Assembly (NCBI GenBank): GCA_965214405.1
Contig: OZ243956.1
Coordinates: forward strand, 832,001 to 896,000
Length of the DNA stretch: 64,000 bases
Reading direction: 5' to 3'
Source: Trueperaceae bacterium
GTDB taxonomy: Bacteria > Deinococcota > Deinococci > Deinococcales > Trueperaceae
Position 1 is the stretch's first letter. Each line of letters begins with the position of its first letter. Position numbers and translations under genes: made by a program. Positions 41,656 to 51,081 of this stretch are shown piece by piece. The notes below the pieces were generated by a model, which made no database searches, was not told where the DNA came from, and saw only the letters and a list, made by a program, of their open reading frames with translations.

Positions 41656-42802
41656 CGCTGCCCTCTAAGGGCACCGCTGGCCCCCTGCTCTTGAGCCTCA
41701 CCACCTCGCCCTCACGAACGGGGCAGTCGGGGCCGGTCTGAACCGTGAGATTTTTACCGACTTCGCCGGGTTCGGCGATGACCTGACACTGATAGGTCAG
41801 GTCGTGCCCCTTAAATTCGCGGCTCACCACGCTCACCGCTACGCCCTCATCAATCCTCGCCTCGTCGCCTGCGCCCTCTCGCAGGTTAAAAAACAGGTCT
41901 TCGGGACGCAGCGAGAGGAGCACGTTGCCCTCGGCGGGCCGGGTGAGCGGCAGGGTGCCGAGGAGCGTGTCGGCCACCTCGCCCCGGCCCGTCGCGCGGA
42001 GCAGGTTGGTGCGGCCCAAAAAAGAGGCGACAAAGGCGGTGCGGGGGCGCGTGTAGACCTCTTCGGGGAGGCCCAACTGCTCGAGCCTTCCGGCACGCAT
42101 CACCGCCAGCCGGTCCGTAAAACTCAGCGCCTCCTCCTGGTCGTGCGTGACGAGCAGCGTCGTCGTGTTCGTCTCCTTGAGGATGCGCCGCACCTCCTCG
42201 CGCGTCGAGCCGCGAAGCGCCGCGTCCAAGTTGCTAAAGGGCTCGTCCAGCAAAATAATGGCGGGCTTGGGGGCGAGCGCCCGCGCTAAAGCCACACGCT
42301 GCTGCTGACCGCCCGAGAGCTGGTGCGGGTAGCGGCGGCTAAAAATGGTGAGGCCTACAAGAGCGAGCACCTCTTCGGCGCGTCTCAAACGGGCGCGGCG
42401 CGTGCGGGCGCGCACGCCAAAGGCGACATTTTGCAACACGTTCAGGTGCGGGAAGAGCGCGTAGTCCTGAAACACGAAGCCGATGCGGCGCGCTTCAGGA
42501 GGCAGCCAGGTTTTGGGTCCCGCCACCTCGAGCCCGCCCACGCGCACCCTTCCTGCGTCGGGCGTCTCGAAGCCCGCGATTAAGCGCAGCAGCGTCGTCT
42601 TGCCGCAACCACTCGGACCCAACAGGCAGAGGATTTCGCCCCCTTCAACCGTCAGGGAGAGTGAAGCCACAGCGGGGTGCTTAGGATGCTGATAACTCTT
42701 ACTCAGCCCGTCAAGCTCCACCACAGGTTGCCCCGTTTGAGGCGCGTCGTGGGAGGCGTGGTGCAACTGAGACTGAGGCGTGTGAGGAGGAGATAAAGTC
42801 AT
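41642..42802 (-). CDS. Fe3+-type ABC transporter ATP-binding protein (FbpC-like)
   Basis: GPSGCGKT, VFQDYALFPHL, LSGGQQQR and LDEPFSNLD; start is uncertain. Confidence 0.9.
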   Translation of the reverse strand: MTLSPPHTPQSQLHHASHDAPQTGQPVVELDGLSKSYQHPKHPAVASLSLTVEGGEILCLLGPSGCGKTTLLRLIAGFETPDAGRVRVGGLEVAGPKTWLPPEARRIGFVFQDYALFPHLNVLQNVAFGVRARTRRARLRRAEEVLALVGLTIFSRRYPHQLSGGQQQRVALARALAPKPAIILLDEPFSNLDAALRGSTREEVRRILKETNTTTLLVTHDQEEALSFTDRLAVMRAGRLEQLGLPEEVYTRPRTAFVASFLGRTNLLRATGRGEVADTLLGTLPLTRPAEGNVLLSLRPEDLFFNLREGAGDEARIDEGVAVSVVSREFKGHDLTYQCQVIAEPGEVGKNLTVQTGPDCPVREGEVVRLKSRGPAVPLEGSVSPT

Positions 42803-42914
42803 AAACGTAGGGTGAGGCTGAGGTGTTACGAAACCCGGAGCATCACTCGAGCAGCGTAACAAATATCCGACTAGACTGCTAGGGTTTCGCCAACCTTGCG
42901 GTATCGTGGGGATC

Positions 42915-44651
42915 ATGCAAGACCCTTTCTTGGCTGTGCAAAATCTTGTGAGACGCGGGGCGGAGGCTCGAGGCGGACCAAACAAAACACCCGGTAAGAT
43001 ACCTAGTAGAACGAAGCGTAAGGCGCACTTAAGCGGCTGGAGCGTGCTGGTAACCTTTCTGGCGCTGCTCATCGCGGCACCCATTCTGGTCGTCGTCAGT
43101 AGCGTTTTCGCGCCCGCGGGCGAGGTTTGGCGTCACCTCAGCGGCACAGTGTTGCCGGACTACATTAGAAATTCGCTCCTTTTGATGGTGGGCGTGGGCG
43201 CGGGCGTGCTCTTTATCGGCGTCGGCGCGGCCTGGCTGGTGACGATGTGCCGCTTCGCGGGGCGGCGCGTCTTCGAGTGGGCGCTCCTCCTACCGATGGC
43301 GGTACCCGCGTACCTTTTGGCCTACGCCTACACCGACTTTTTGCAGTACAGCGGGCCGCTTCAGAGCGCGCTACGCGGGCTCACAGGGTGGACTGCCCGC
43401 GACTACCCTTTCCCGGAGGTGCGCTCGCTCGGCGGCGCGGTCGTGATGCTCACGCTCGCGCTCTACCCTTACGTATACCTGCTCGCGCGGGCGGCGTTTT
43501 TGGAGCAGTCGGTGTCCATTTTAGAAGCGAGCCGCAGCTTAGGGCGAAGCGCCTGGCGGAGTTTTTTTGGTGTGTCGTTGCCCCTCGCGCGGCCCGCTAT
43601 CGCCGCCGGTGTGGCGCTGGCGCTCATGGAAACGCTCTCGGACTTTGGCACCGTGCAGTATTTCGGCGTGGTCACCTTTACCACCGGGATCTACCGCACC
43701 TGGTTTGGCTTAGGCGAACGCGTGGCGGCGGCGCAACTCGCCTCCGCGCTGCTGCTTTTTATCCTCGTGCTGGTCGTACTAGAGCGCCTGCTGGGCCGTC
43801 GGCCCGAGGGTCAGCCCGTCTCGAGCCGCTACCGCAGTCTAAGCGGCTACAAACTGAGAGGACTCAGGGCTGCGCTGGCCTGGTCTGCTTGCGCGCTGCC
43901 CGTGGGGCTCGGCTTCGCGCTGCCCATCGGCATTTTTGTGGCGATGACGCTCGAGGGGGCGAACGGCTTTAATGAGCGCGTGCTCGTCTATGCTCGCAAC
44001 AGCCTCACCCTGGCCGCGCTCACCGCACTCCTGGCGCTCCTCGTCGCGCTCGTGCTGGCTTACGGCAAGCGGGTTCGGCCGAACGCGCTCACGCGCGCGG
44101 GCTCCCGCGTCGCCTCGCTCGGGTACGCCGTGCCGGGGTCGGTCATCGCGGTGGGGGTGCTCATGCACTTAGGCTGGCTCGACAACCGCATCGACGAGGG
44201 GGCGCGGGCGCTTTTCGGGCTGTCCACCGGCCTCCTCCTGAGCGGCACCATCGCCGGGCTCGTGTTCGCCTACTTGGTCCGCTTTTTGGCGGTATCTTTC
44301 GGCGCGGTCGAGGCGAGTTTGGGCAAGATTACCGCCAACATGGACGACGCCGCCCGCAGCTTGGGCCACCGCTCGCTCCGCACGCTCCTGCGGGTTCACA
44401 TGCCGCTCCTGCGCGGAAGCCTCCTCACGGCGGCGCTCCTTGTGTTTGTCGACGTGATCAAAGAACTTCCCGCGACGCTCATCGTGCGGCCCTTTAATTT
44501 CGACACGCTGGCCGTGCGCGTCTACCGCTTGGCGTCGGACGAGCGCTTGGTCGAGGCCGCTCCCGGCGCGCTCTTCATCGTGCTCGCGGGGGTGCTGCCG
44601 GTGGTGCTGCTGAGCCGGGCGATCGCGCGCTCGAGGGAGCTGGAGAGCTAA
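42915..44651 (+). CDS. Fe3+ ABC transporter permease (FbpB/SfuB-like)
   Basis: Duplicated permease; LYPYVYL, EASRSLG, DDAARSLG and KELPATL..RPFNFDTLA; TATCGT-N7-ATG. Confidence 0.92.
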   Translation: MQDPFLAVQNLVRRGAEARGGPNKTPGKIPSRTKRKAHLSGWSVLVTFLALLIAAPILVVVSSVFAPAGEVWRHLSGTVLPDYIRNSLLLMVGVGAGVLFIGVGAAWLVTMCRFAGRRVFEWALLLPMAVPAYLLAYAYTDFLQYSGPLQSALRGLTGWTARDYPFPEVRSLGGAVVMLTLALYPYVYLLARAAFLEQSVSILEASRSLGRSAWRSFFGVSLPLARPAIAAGVALALMETLSDFGTVQYFGVVTFTTGIYRTWFGLGERVAAAQLASALLLFILVLVVLERLLGRRPEGQPVSSRYRSLSGYKLRGLRAALAWSACALPVGLGFALPIGIFVAMTLEGANGFNERVLVYARNSLTLAALTALLALLVALVLAYGKRVRPNALTRAGSRVASLGYAVPGSVIAVGVLMHLGWLDNRIDEGARALFGLSTGLLLSGTIAGLVFAYLVRFLAVSFGAVEASLGKITANMDDAARSLGHRSLRTLLRVHMPLLRGSLLTAALLVFVDVIKELPATLIVRPFNFDTLAVRVYRLASDERLVEAAPGALFIVLAGVLPVVLLSRAIARSRELES

Positions 44652-45023
44652 GGCGAAGGCTTTGCTGGCGGGCCTGAAAACGGAAAATGAGAACGGCGCG
44701 CTTCAAACCAGAGGCCACAACATAGAGCGCAACATGGAGCACTGGGGGCGCGGGCAAAAAACCTCTCCGCCTTTCTCCCACCGCTCACGCCCCTTACTTT
44801 TCTTACCCGCACTATACTTGCTCTAAGCAACAAAAAGCATTAGGTCTTCCGCGCTGAGTTCGGTTCCAAACCTTTTTTGATTTTGCTGATACTCGCGCCC
44901 TGCTTCGTTACAAGCTCTTTGATGTTTGGGCGCACTCGACTTTACGATTCACGAGCTCGACGTTAAATTTGATGCCGGGTAACGTGACGCCCGTTTCGAA
45001 CGGCTGGAATCACCGGGTCAGCC

Positions 45024-45060
45024 TTGACAATATTCGAAAATGTGAAATAATAAATGCACA
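45024..45060 (+). promoter_or_regulatory. Putative sigma70 promoter/operator of the sugar ABC operon
   Basis: TTGACA-N16-AATAAT overlapped by the TGTG-N12-CACA inverted repeat. Confidence 0.5.
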
Positions 45061-45351
45061 ACATAATTTCAGAAGCCATTCGCTGGAAAGAAGAGCCGCT
45101 ACTATTTTGCGCCCAGACGGCGCAGCGACATTAGGTGAATGCAACGTCACGACCTGCGCAGGACAAGCAACGTTCAGGCCGATGTCCAACGGCTTTACAG
45201 GGGGTGCCAGAGAAAGTGAGTTTACTAACCCCACGCCGTGAAGCTTGTCTCGCGCCCTGGCTCGAGCCGCTACGTCTCAAACGCCACTTAATCTTAAACG
45301 CCACTCAAACGTCACCGAGAGCCGAGTCTCACTCAAACCCAGCATTGGACG

Positions 45352-45430
45352 GATTGTTGCTACCCGACCGTTACTACCCGACTGTTACCACCTGATTGTT
45401 ACCACCTGCTGATTGTTACCACCTGACTGT
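45352..45430. repeat. Degenerate 14-bp tandem repeat, about 5.5 copies
   Basis: gattgttgctaccc/gaccgttactaccc/gactgttaccacct/gattgttaccacct/gct/gattgttaccacct/gactgt. Confidence 0.85.
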
Positions 45431-45534
45431 CAACTGTCGCTACTTGCTTAGAAGTTTGAACCCTCGGTTAGGAGGTTGCTCGGGCCGTCCGAAAGCCACA
45501 TATAGAGTCTCGAAACGCTTTTTAGGAGGAAATC

Positions 45535-47163
45535 ATGACGAAGTGGATGCTCGTTTTTGTACTTGTCGTCGCCGGTTGGGGGCTGGCGCAGGATGATCAA
45601 AACCTCGAGTGGGGTGACGACGGCAGCGTCACGCTTATTACGCAAGACGACGGTGAACGTATCACCATCCCCGCCGACCAGCTAGGCACGATGTTCGGCC
45701 CTGGCGAAAAGCCCTTCGACGGGATGAACATCGCGGTTACCGTCAACACGGGCGGACCCAAAGGCGGCATCTCCGGGCCGCTCTATCAACTGCGCCCGGC
45801 TTGGGAAGAGCTAACTGGCGCGACGCTCGACATCGTCGAGATGCCCTTACCTGAACAGTTGCCCGCCACCATGAACGACCTGCAACTCGGGCTCAACCAG
45901 TTCGACGGCTTTATCGAGGGTGCCTGGTACATGGGCGAGTACGTCACGCCCGGCTTTATCGTCCCGGTGGACGACTACATCGCCGACGCGCGCTTTCCTC
46001 AGTGGGACCCCGCCTGGTTCCCGCCCTCGCTCGAGGCCATCCACCAATGGGACGGGGAGTTTTACGCCACCCTCAACGACTCGGACGGACAGGTGCTCTA
46101 CTGGCGTAACGACATCTTGACCGACCCCGAGTGGCAGGCCAGGTACGAAGAAGAGGTCGGCGAGCCGATGCCCTTCCCCGTCGAGACCTGGGACGACGTG
46201 ATTGCCATCGCTAGCTTTTTCGACGGCAAAAACTGGGACGACAACGACGCCGAGCCCGACAGCGGCATCGTCATGCACTTCAAGGTCAACGCGCAGGGGC
46301 ACTTTCACTTTATGACCCTGTCGGGGGCCTACACGGTGCGCCCCGGCGACACGGTGGACCGCTGCACCAACAACTACTGGTTCGACCCCGCGACGATGGA
46401 GCCCCTTATCAACCAGCCCGGTCACGTGCGGGCGCTCGAAAAACTTCAGGAACTCGCGCAGTACGGCCCCGACGCGCAAGCCGCCTGGGACTTGGGCGAA
46501 GGCTGGGACTGGTTCTTAAACGGCAAGGCCGTCTTCCTGTTCTCCTGGGGCGACGTGGGCTCGCTCGTCCAGGACCCGACCCGCTCCAAAATCCAGGGCA
46601 AGCTGGGCGCGTCGATCGTGCCCGGCTCCAATGAGGTCTACAACATGTGCTCGAACGCGTGGGAAACCCTGGACGAGCCCAACGTCGTCGGCAACACCGT
46701 CGGCGGTTCGTGGCAGGGGGTCATCTCCGCCAAGTCGCCCAACCCCGAAGCCGTCTACAGCCTCTACGCGCTCATGGCGACCGCCCCCGTTCACACCTGG
46801 AACGTGCAGCGCGGGTGGACGGGCGTCGATCCGGGCGTGAGTATCGACTTCCTGCCCCCCGAAGGCACGGCGAGCTTAGAAGGGTACGTCGACGCCGGTT
46901 GGAACGCGAGCGACGTCGAGTTCTATACCAACGCATACTACGACAACTTCTACGCCGACACCATGCTGCCCTACTTGCGCATCAACGGCACCGAAGAATA
47001 CTGGCGCGCGCTCGACCAGAACCTCTCAGAAGCGATGATCGGCAGGATGAGCGCGCAAGAGGCGCTCGACAAGACCGCCGCGGCTTGGGAAGGCATCACC
47101 GAGCGTCGTGGGCTCGAGCAACAACTCCAGCAGTATCAAGAGGCCATCGGTTTCGAACCGTAA
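45535..47163 (+). CDS. Sugar ABC transporter substrate-binding protein
   Basis: Signal peptide; family-1 SBP features (LYWRND, PVETWDD, SAQEALDKTAAAW); SD AGGAGG. Confidence 0.9.
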   Translation: MTKWMLVFVLVVAGWGLAQDDQNLEWGDDGSVTLITQDDGERITIPADQLGTMFGPGEKPFDGMNIAVTVNTGGPKGGISGPLYQLRPAWEELTGATLDIVEMPLPEQLPATMNDLQLGLNQFDGFIEGAWYMGEYVTPGFIVPVDDYIADARFPQWDPAWFPPSLEAIHQWDGEFYATLNDSDGQVLYWRNDILTDPEWQARYEEEVGEPMPFPVETWDDVIAIASFFDGKNWDDNDAEPDSGIVMHFKVNAQGHFHFMTLSGAYTVRPGDTVDRCTNNYWFDPATMEPLINQPGHVRALEKLQELAQYGPDAQAAWDLGEGWDWFLNGKAVFLFSWGDVGSLVQDPTRSKIQGKLGASIVPGSNEVYNMCSNAWETLDEPNVVGNTVGGSWQGVISAKSPNPEAVYSLYALMATAPVHTWNVQRGWTGVDPGVSIDFLPPEGTASLEGYVDAGWNASDVEFYTNAYYDNFYADTMLPYLRINGTEEYWRALDQNLSEAMIGRMSAQEALDKTAAAWEGITERRGLEQQLQQYQEAIGFEP

Positions 47164-47170
47164 GTGAGTA

Positions 47171-47214
47171 AGAGGGAGCGGGGTGAGACGCCCCCTGCTC
47201 CTCTCTCTTTTTTT
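47171..47214 (+). terminator. Intercistronic hairpin with T-run after the SBP gene
   Basis: AGAGGGAGCGGGG...CCCTGCTCCTCTCT followed by TTTTTTT. Confidence 0.65.
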
Positions 47215-47248
47215 ACCTTTCTCTCATCCCTCCTGGGAGGCCCTCCTC

Positions 47249-48097
47249 TTGCGCTGGAATAGCCCGCTAAAATACGTGTTCTTGCTGCCCGCCGTCCTCT
47301 GGGTGGTGGGCTTTACGATTTTTCCGCTCCTCTACAGCCTGCGCCTTAGCTTTGTGAGGGTCAATATCGGTCAAGAGGACGTTTTTGTGGGCTGGGCCAA
47401 CTTCGCCCGCGCCTTTTCGGACCCGAACGTCTGGAACGCCGCGCGCGTCACGCTGACCTTTGTGGTTGTCGGCGTGACGGTTCAGCTCGTGCTGGGGCTC
47501 TTGTTCGCCCTGCTTTTCAACCGAAACTTACCGGGCCGGGGCGCGCTGCGAACCATCATGACCCTGCCGCTCTTTGCCACGCCGGTCGGCATTGGCTTTT
47601 TGTTTGTCACGATTTTTCATGAGGAAGGCGGCTTTATCCGGTCGGTGCTCGGCGTCCGCGCGCCCTGGCTGTCCAACCCCGACTGGGCGCTGGTCTCGGT
47701 TATTCTGGTTGACGTTTGGAACTGGACGCCCTTCGTGTTCATCGTGCTGCTCGCCGCGTTGCAGAGCGTGCCTGAGGAGTATTACGAGGCCGGTAGGTTG
47801 GAAAGCTCGAGCCGGTGGACGCTCTTTCGCCACATCACCCTACCTATTTTGCAACCCACGATTATTCTGGTGATTGTCTTGCGCATGGCCGAGGCGTTCA
47901 AGGTCTTCGACATCCCCTTTAGCCTGACCAACGGCGGGCCGGGCAATTCGACGGAGACGTTCACCATGCTTACCTACAACACCTACCGCCGCTTTTTCGA
48001 CTTCGGTTACGGGTCGGCGCTGGCTTACTTGCTCCTGCTCGCCATCGCGCTCGTCGTGACGAGCTTTTTTAGCCGCATCCGGCAGGCCTATACGTGA
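47249..48097 (+). CDS. Sugar ABC permease (MalF-type)
   Basis: VDVWNWTPF, EYYEAGRLE and HITLP; TTG start after GGAGG. Confidence 0.9.
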   Translation: MRWNSPLKYVFLLPAVLWVVGFTIFPLLYSLRLSFVRVNIGQEDVFVGWANFARAFSDPNVWNAARVTLTFVVVGVTVQLVLGLLFALLFNRNLPGRGALRTIMTLPLFATPVGIGFLFVTIFHEEGGFIRSVLGVRAPWLSNPDWALVSVILVDVWNWTPFVFIVLLAALQSVPEEYYEAGRLESSSRWTLFRHITLPILQPTIILVIVLRMAEAFKVFDIPFSLTNGGPGNSTETFTMLTYNTYRRFFDFGYGSALAYLLLLAIALVVTSFFSRIRQAYT

Positions 48098-49095
48098 GCC
48101 CCCACATAAGGAGGCGCGTCGCCGCCGCGCTGTTTTTTGCCCTGGCGCTGGCGGTCGCGCTCATCTGGCTGCTCCCCTTTTACTGGGCCTTTAGCCTCAG
48201 TTTCAGGCCGCCCTCGCAAACCTTTAACTGTCCGGGGCTGTGCGTGCCTTTTGCCCAGTACCCACCCACGCTGGACAACTGGACGATAGAACTCGAGTCG
48301 CGGGAAATGATCAAGGCGCTCACCAACAGCACCGTCATCGCTTTTGCCGCGTCTTTTTTCACGCTGGTGCTGGGCACGCCCGCCGCTTACGCCCTGGCGA
48401 GGTTTCGCTTTAGCCCGCGCCTCGTCGTGATCCTGGCGTTCGTTTTTTGCGCGGTCCTCGCCTTTACCGCGGCGACCTTTGGCGCGCCTTGGCGGCTCGC
48501 GGTCGGGGCGGCGCTGGTTGTTTTCGTGGGCTTCGCCCTCACGCTGGGAAGGCGCTTTGAGCGCAGACTCGGCAACGAGGACGTCACGCTGTGGTTTTTG
48601 TCGCAGAGGTTTTTGCCGCCGATTGTGACCGTCATCCCCTTTTTGCTCATCATGAGCCAGCTCAAGCTCGTAGATACGCGCCTGGCGCTCGTGCTGGTCA
48701 ACATCACCTTTAACCTGCCCTTCGCCATCGTCATCATGCGGCAGGCGTTTATAGACTTGCCTATTGAACTCGAGGAGGCGGCGATGGTCGACGGGGCCTC
48801 TTTTTTCGGGACCTTTACGCGAATCGCGTTGCGCCTCACCGCCCCGGCGATGGCGGCCACGCTCATGATCGTCCTCGCCTTTAGCTGGAACGAACTCCTC
48901 TTCGCGCTCAACCTGGGCACGCTCAACGCCAAAACCGTGCCCGCCCTCGTTGCGGGCTCGGCGGGCACGCGGGGCATCGAGTTCTGGTTTGTCGCCGTAA
49001 GGGCGCTTATCGCCCTCGTTCCCCCCACGGTGCTGGCTATTCTGGCGCAGCGTTACATCGTCGGCGGTCTGACCTTTGGGGCGGTGAAAGGGTGA
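48094..49095 (+). CDS. Sugar ABC permease (MalG-type)
   Basis: LPIELEEAAMVDGAS, SWNE and QRYIVGGLTFGAVKG. Confidence 0.92.
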   Translation: MSPHIRRRVAAALFFALALAVALIWLLPFYWAFSLSFRPPSQTFNCPGLCVPFAQYPPTLDNWTIELESREMIKALTNSTVIAFAASFFTLVLGTPAAYALARFRFSPRLVVILAFVFCAVLAFTAATFGAPWRLAVGAALVVFVGFALTLGRRFERRLGNEDVTLWFLSQRFLPPIVTVIPFLLIMSQLKLVDTRLALVLVNITFNLPFAIVIMRQAFIDLPIELEEAAMVDGASFFGTFTRIALRLTAPAMAATLMIVLAFSWNELLFALNLGTLNAKTVPALVAGSAGTRGIEFWFVAVRALIALVPPTVLAILAQRYIVGGLTFGAVKG

Positions 49096-49304
49096 AAAGT
49101 GAGATGTCCACGCAAAACCTATGGACGCAGCGATCATCCCTTAACTCTATGTGTTGGGGTCCCGTATGTTAAACAGTAGAGTGTGAAGCCGCTCTCGCTC
49201 AAAAGAAATGATGTGCGCCCATACGGATATGCTTATTGCGAGCGTCGACATTCAAACGAAGTTCGGAATAAGGTGAATCCCTTAGATGCTCGATCAGGCC
49301 TTTT

Positions 49305-50774
49305 GTGCTTCTAGGTATCGACGTCGGCACAAGCAACATCAAAGTCGGCGTCTACAGCCGAGAGGGTGAGCTTTTGGCGCACGCCCAAGCGGTCACGCCC
49401 AAGGGTGTAGAGGGGGGGTTTGAAAACTACCTGCCCGACGCGCTGTGGCAGACCACAGTGGGGCTGATTAAGGAGGTGCTCGCACGTTCTCAGGCCGAGG
49501 TGCAGGCGCTCGCGGTGGCGAGCATGGGCGAAGCGGGCCTGCCGCTGGATAAAGACGGCGAGGCGGCTTATCCCATCATCCCCTGGAACGACCCGAGGGC
49601 CGAAACGCATATGCAGGCGCTCGAGAAGAGACTAAAGCCCGCCCACTGGTACGCCGTGACCGGGCTCCGTCCCAATCCGATTCACAGCATCGCCAAGTGG
49701 GTCTGGCTCAAAGAAACGCAGCCCGAGGTGTGGGCGCGCGCCCGCACCTGGCTGAGCGTGACCGGCTACGTCCGCTACAAGCTGACGGGCGAGCTTTTGA
49801 TGGAGGCCAGCCAGGCCGCCCGCACGATGGCCTACGACGTGCGTAAGCACGCGTGGTGGGAAGAAGGGCTCGAGCTGGCCGGTATCCCCCCTACCTTTCT
49901 CCCGCCCCTGGTCAGGGCCACCGACCCGGCGGGCGAGGTGACAGAAGCGGCGGCGGCATTGACGGGTCTGCGGGCGGGCACGCCCGTGTTCGCCGGAGGC
50001 CACGACCACATTTGCGCGGCACTGGCGTGCGGCGCGTTCAAGTCGGACATCGCCCTCGATTCTTTGGGCACGGCGGAGGGGCTCACTTTTGGCTTGCCCG
50101 GAGCGCCGAATCCCGCGGAGGCGGGCGGCTTCGGGGTGGGGCCGCACGTGATCGCGGGGCACAGGTATTACCTCGGGGGCATCTACAGTTCGGGCGGGTC
50201 GGTGGCGTGGGTCAAGAATCTGTTGGGGTTGGAGAGCTTTGACACGCTACTCGAGCTTGCCGCGAGCGCCGAGCCGGGCGCGTCGCCCCTTTTTCTGGCG
50301 CACTTCTACGGCGAAGCGCCGCCCTTTGGCGACTCGAGCGCCACGGGCGCATTTTTGGAGGTGCGACCCGAACACGGCCCCGCCGAGTTCGCGCGGAGCG
50401 TTTTAGAGGGGGTCGCCTTTGAAATTAAAAGACATATAGAAACCTTTGAAACGCTCGTGGGCGAACCCGTCAGCGTCATCCGCGTGGTCGGGAGCCCCGC
50501 ACAAAACCCGCTGTGGCTCCTTATTCGCGCGGGCGTTTTGGGGAGACCGCTCGAGCTCACCCGCCACGCGGACATGGTCACGCTGGGAGTCGCCCTCATC
50601 GCAGGTCTTGGCGCGGGCGTTTACCAAACCCCGCAAGAGGCGGTTGACGCCACGTTTAAGGTGGGTGACCACCTCGAGCCCAATCCCGACTGGCAAGCTC
50701 AATATATTGAACCCTATGAACGTTACAAGCATCTCTCGAGCGTGCTTCACGAGGGGCGAAAAAGCTCGAGGTGA
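49305..50774 (+). CDS. FGGY-family carbohydrate kinase (xylulokinase/fuculokinase-like)
   Basis: LGIDVGTSNIK, IPWND.R, GGHDH, SLGT and RSVLEGVAF. Confidence 0.9.
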   Translation: MLLGIDVGTSNIKVGVYSREGELLAHAQAVTPKGVEGGFENYLPDALWQTTVGLIKEVLARSQAEVQALAVASMGEAGLPLDKDGEAAYPIIPWNDPRAETHMQALEKRLKPAHWYAVTGLRPNPIHSIAKWVWLKETQPEVWARARTWLSVTGYVRYKLTGELLMEASQAARTMAYDVRKHAWWEEGLELAGIPPTFLPPLVRATDPAGEVTEAAAALTGLRAGTPVFAGGHDHICAALACGAFKSDIALDSLGTAEGLTFGLPGAPNPAEAGGFGVGPHVIAGHRYYLGGIYSSGGSVAWVKNLLGLESFDTLLELAASAEPGASPLFLAHFYGEAPPFGDSSATGAFLEVRPEHGPAEFARSVLEGVAFEIKRHIETFETLVGEPVSVIRVVGSPAQNPLWLLIRAGVLGRPLELTRHADMVTLGVALIAGLGAGVYQTPQEAVDATFKVGDHLEPNPDWQAQYIEPYERYKHLSSVLHEGRKSSR

Positions 50775-51081
50775 GGCGCGCCTTTTAACCTCTCCGACGT
50801 TTCGCAAGCCCAACGGCTCACGCTCCGCCGAGAAGCAGGAAACGGTAGGGTAAGAAGCGTTCCCCCACTGCCCCAGCTCCACGCCTACTCCGCCCTCTAT
50901 GTTTATCAAATCCAGCATCTTGGTAAGGACGTGCGCCCCTCTACCGCGGGAAAGTCTGGTATACTCGTATGTTTTGAAAGGGCTTGCGCACCACTTTTTA
51001 TTCGTAAGCTCGAGATTTGTGCCCACACATGTTCAACAACTCTTACGCGTCAAACGAGCGTATCCTTAGGGAGGCCCTCCT

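Noticed and set aside
42803..43084. N-terminal extension of the ABC ATPase overlapping the permease
   Set aside because: No ABC-like sequence, and it would overlap a divergent gene and its promoter.
45352..45430. CRISPR array
   Set aside because: 14-bp contiguous units with no spacers and no cas genes.
51044..51064. Deinococcus RDRM (DdrO box) upstream of uvrA
   Set aside because: TACGC-N9-GCGTA has the wrong spacing for the 17-bp RDRM, and the best 17-mer has several mismatches in the right half.
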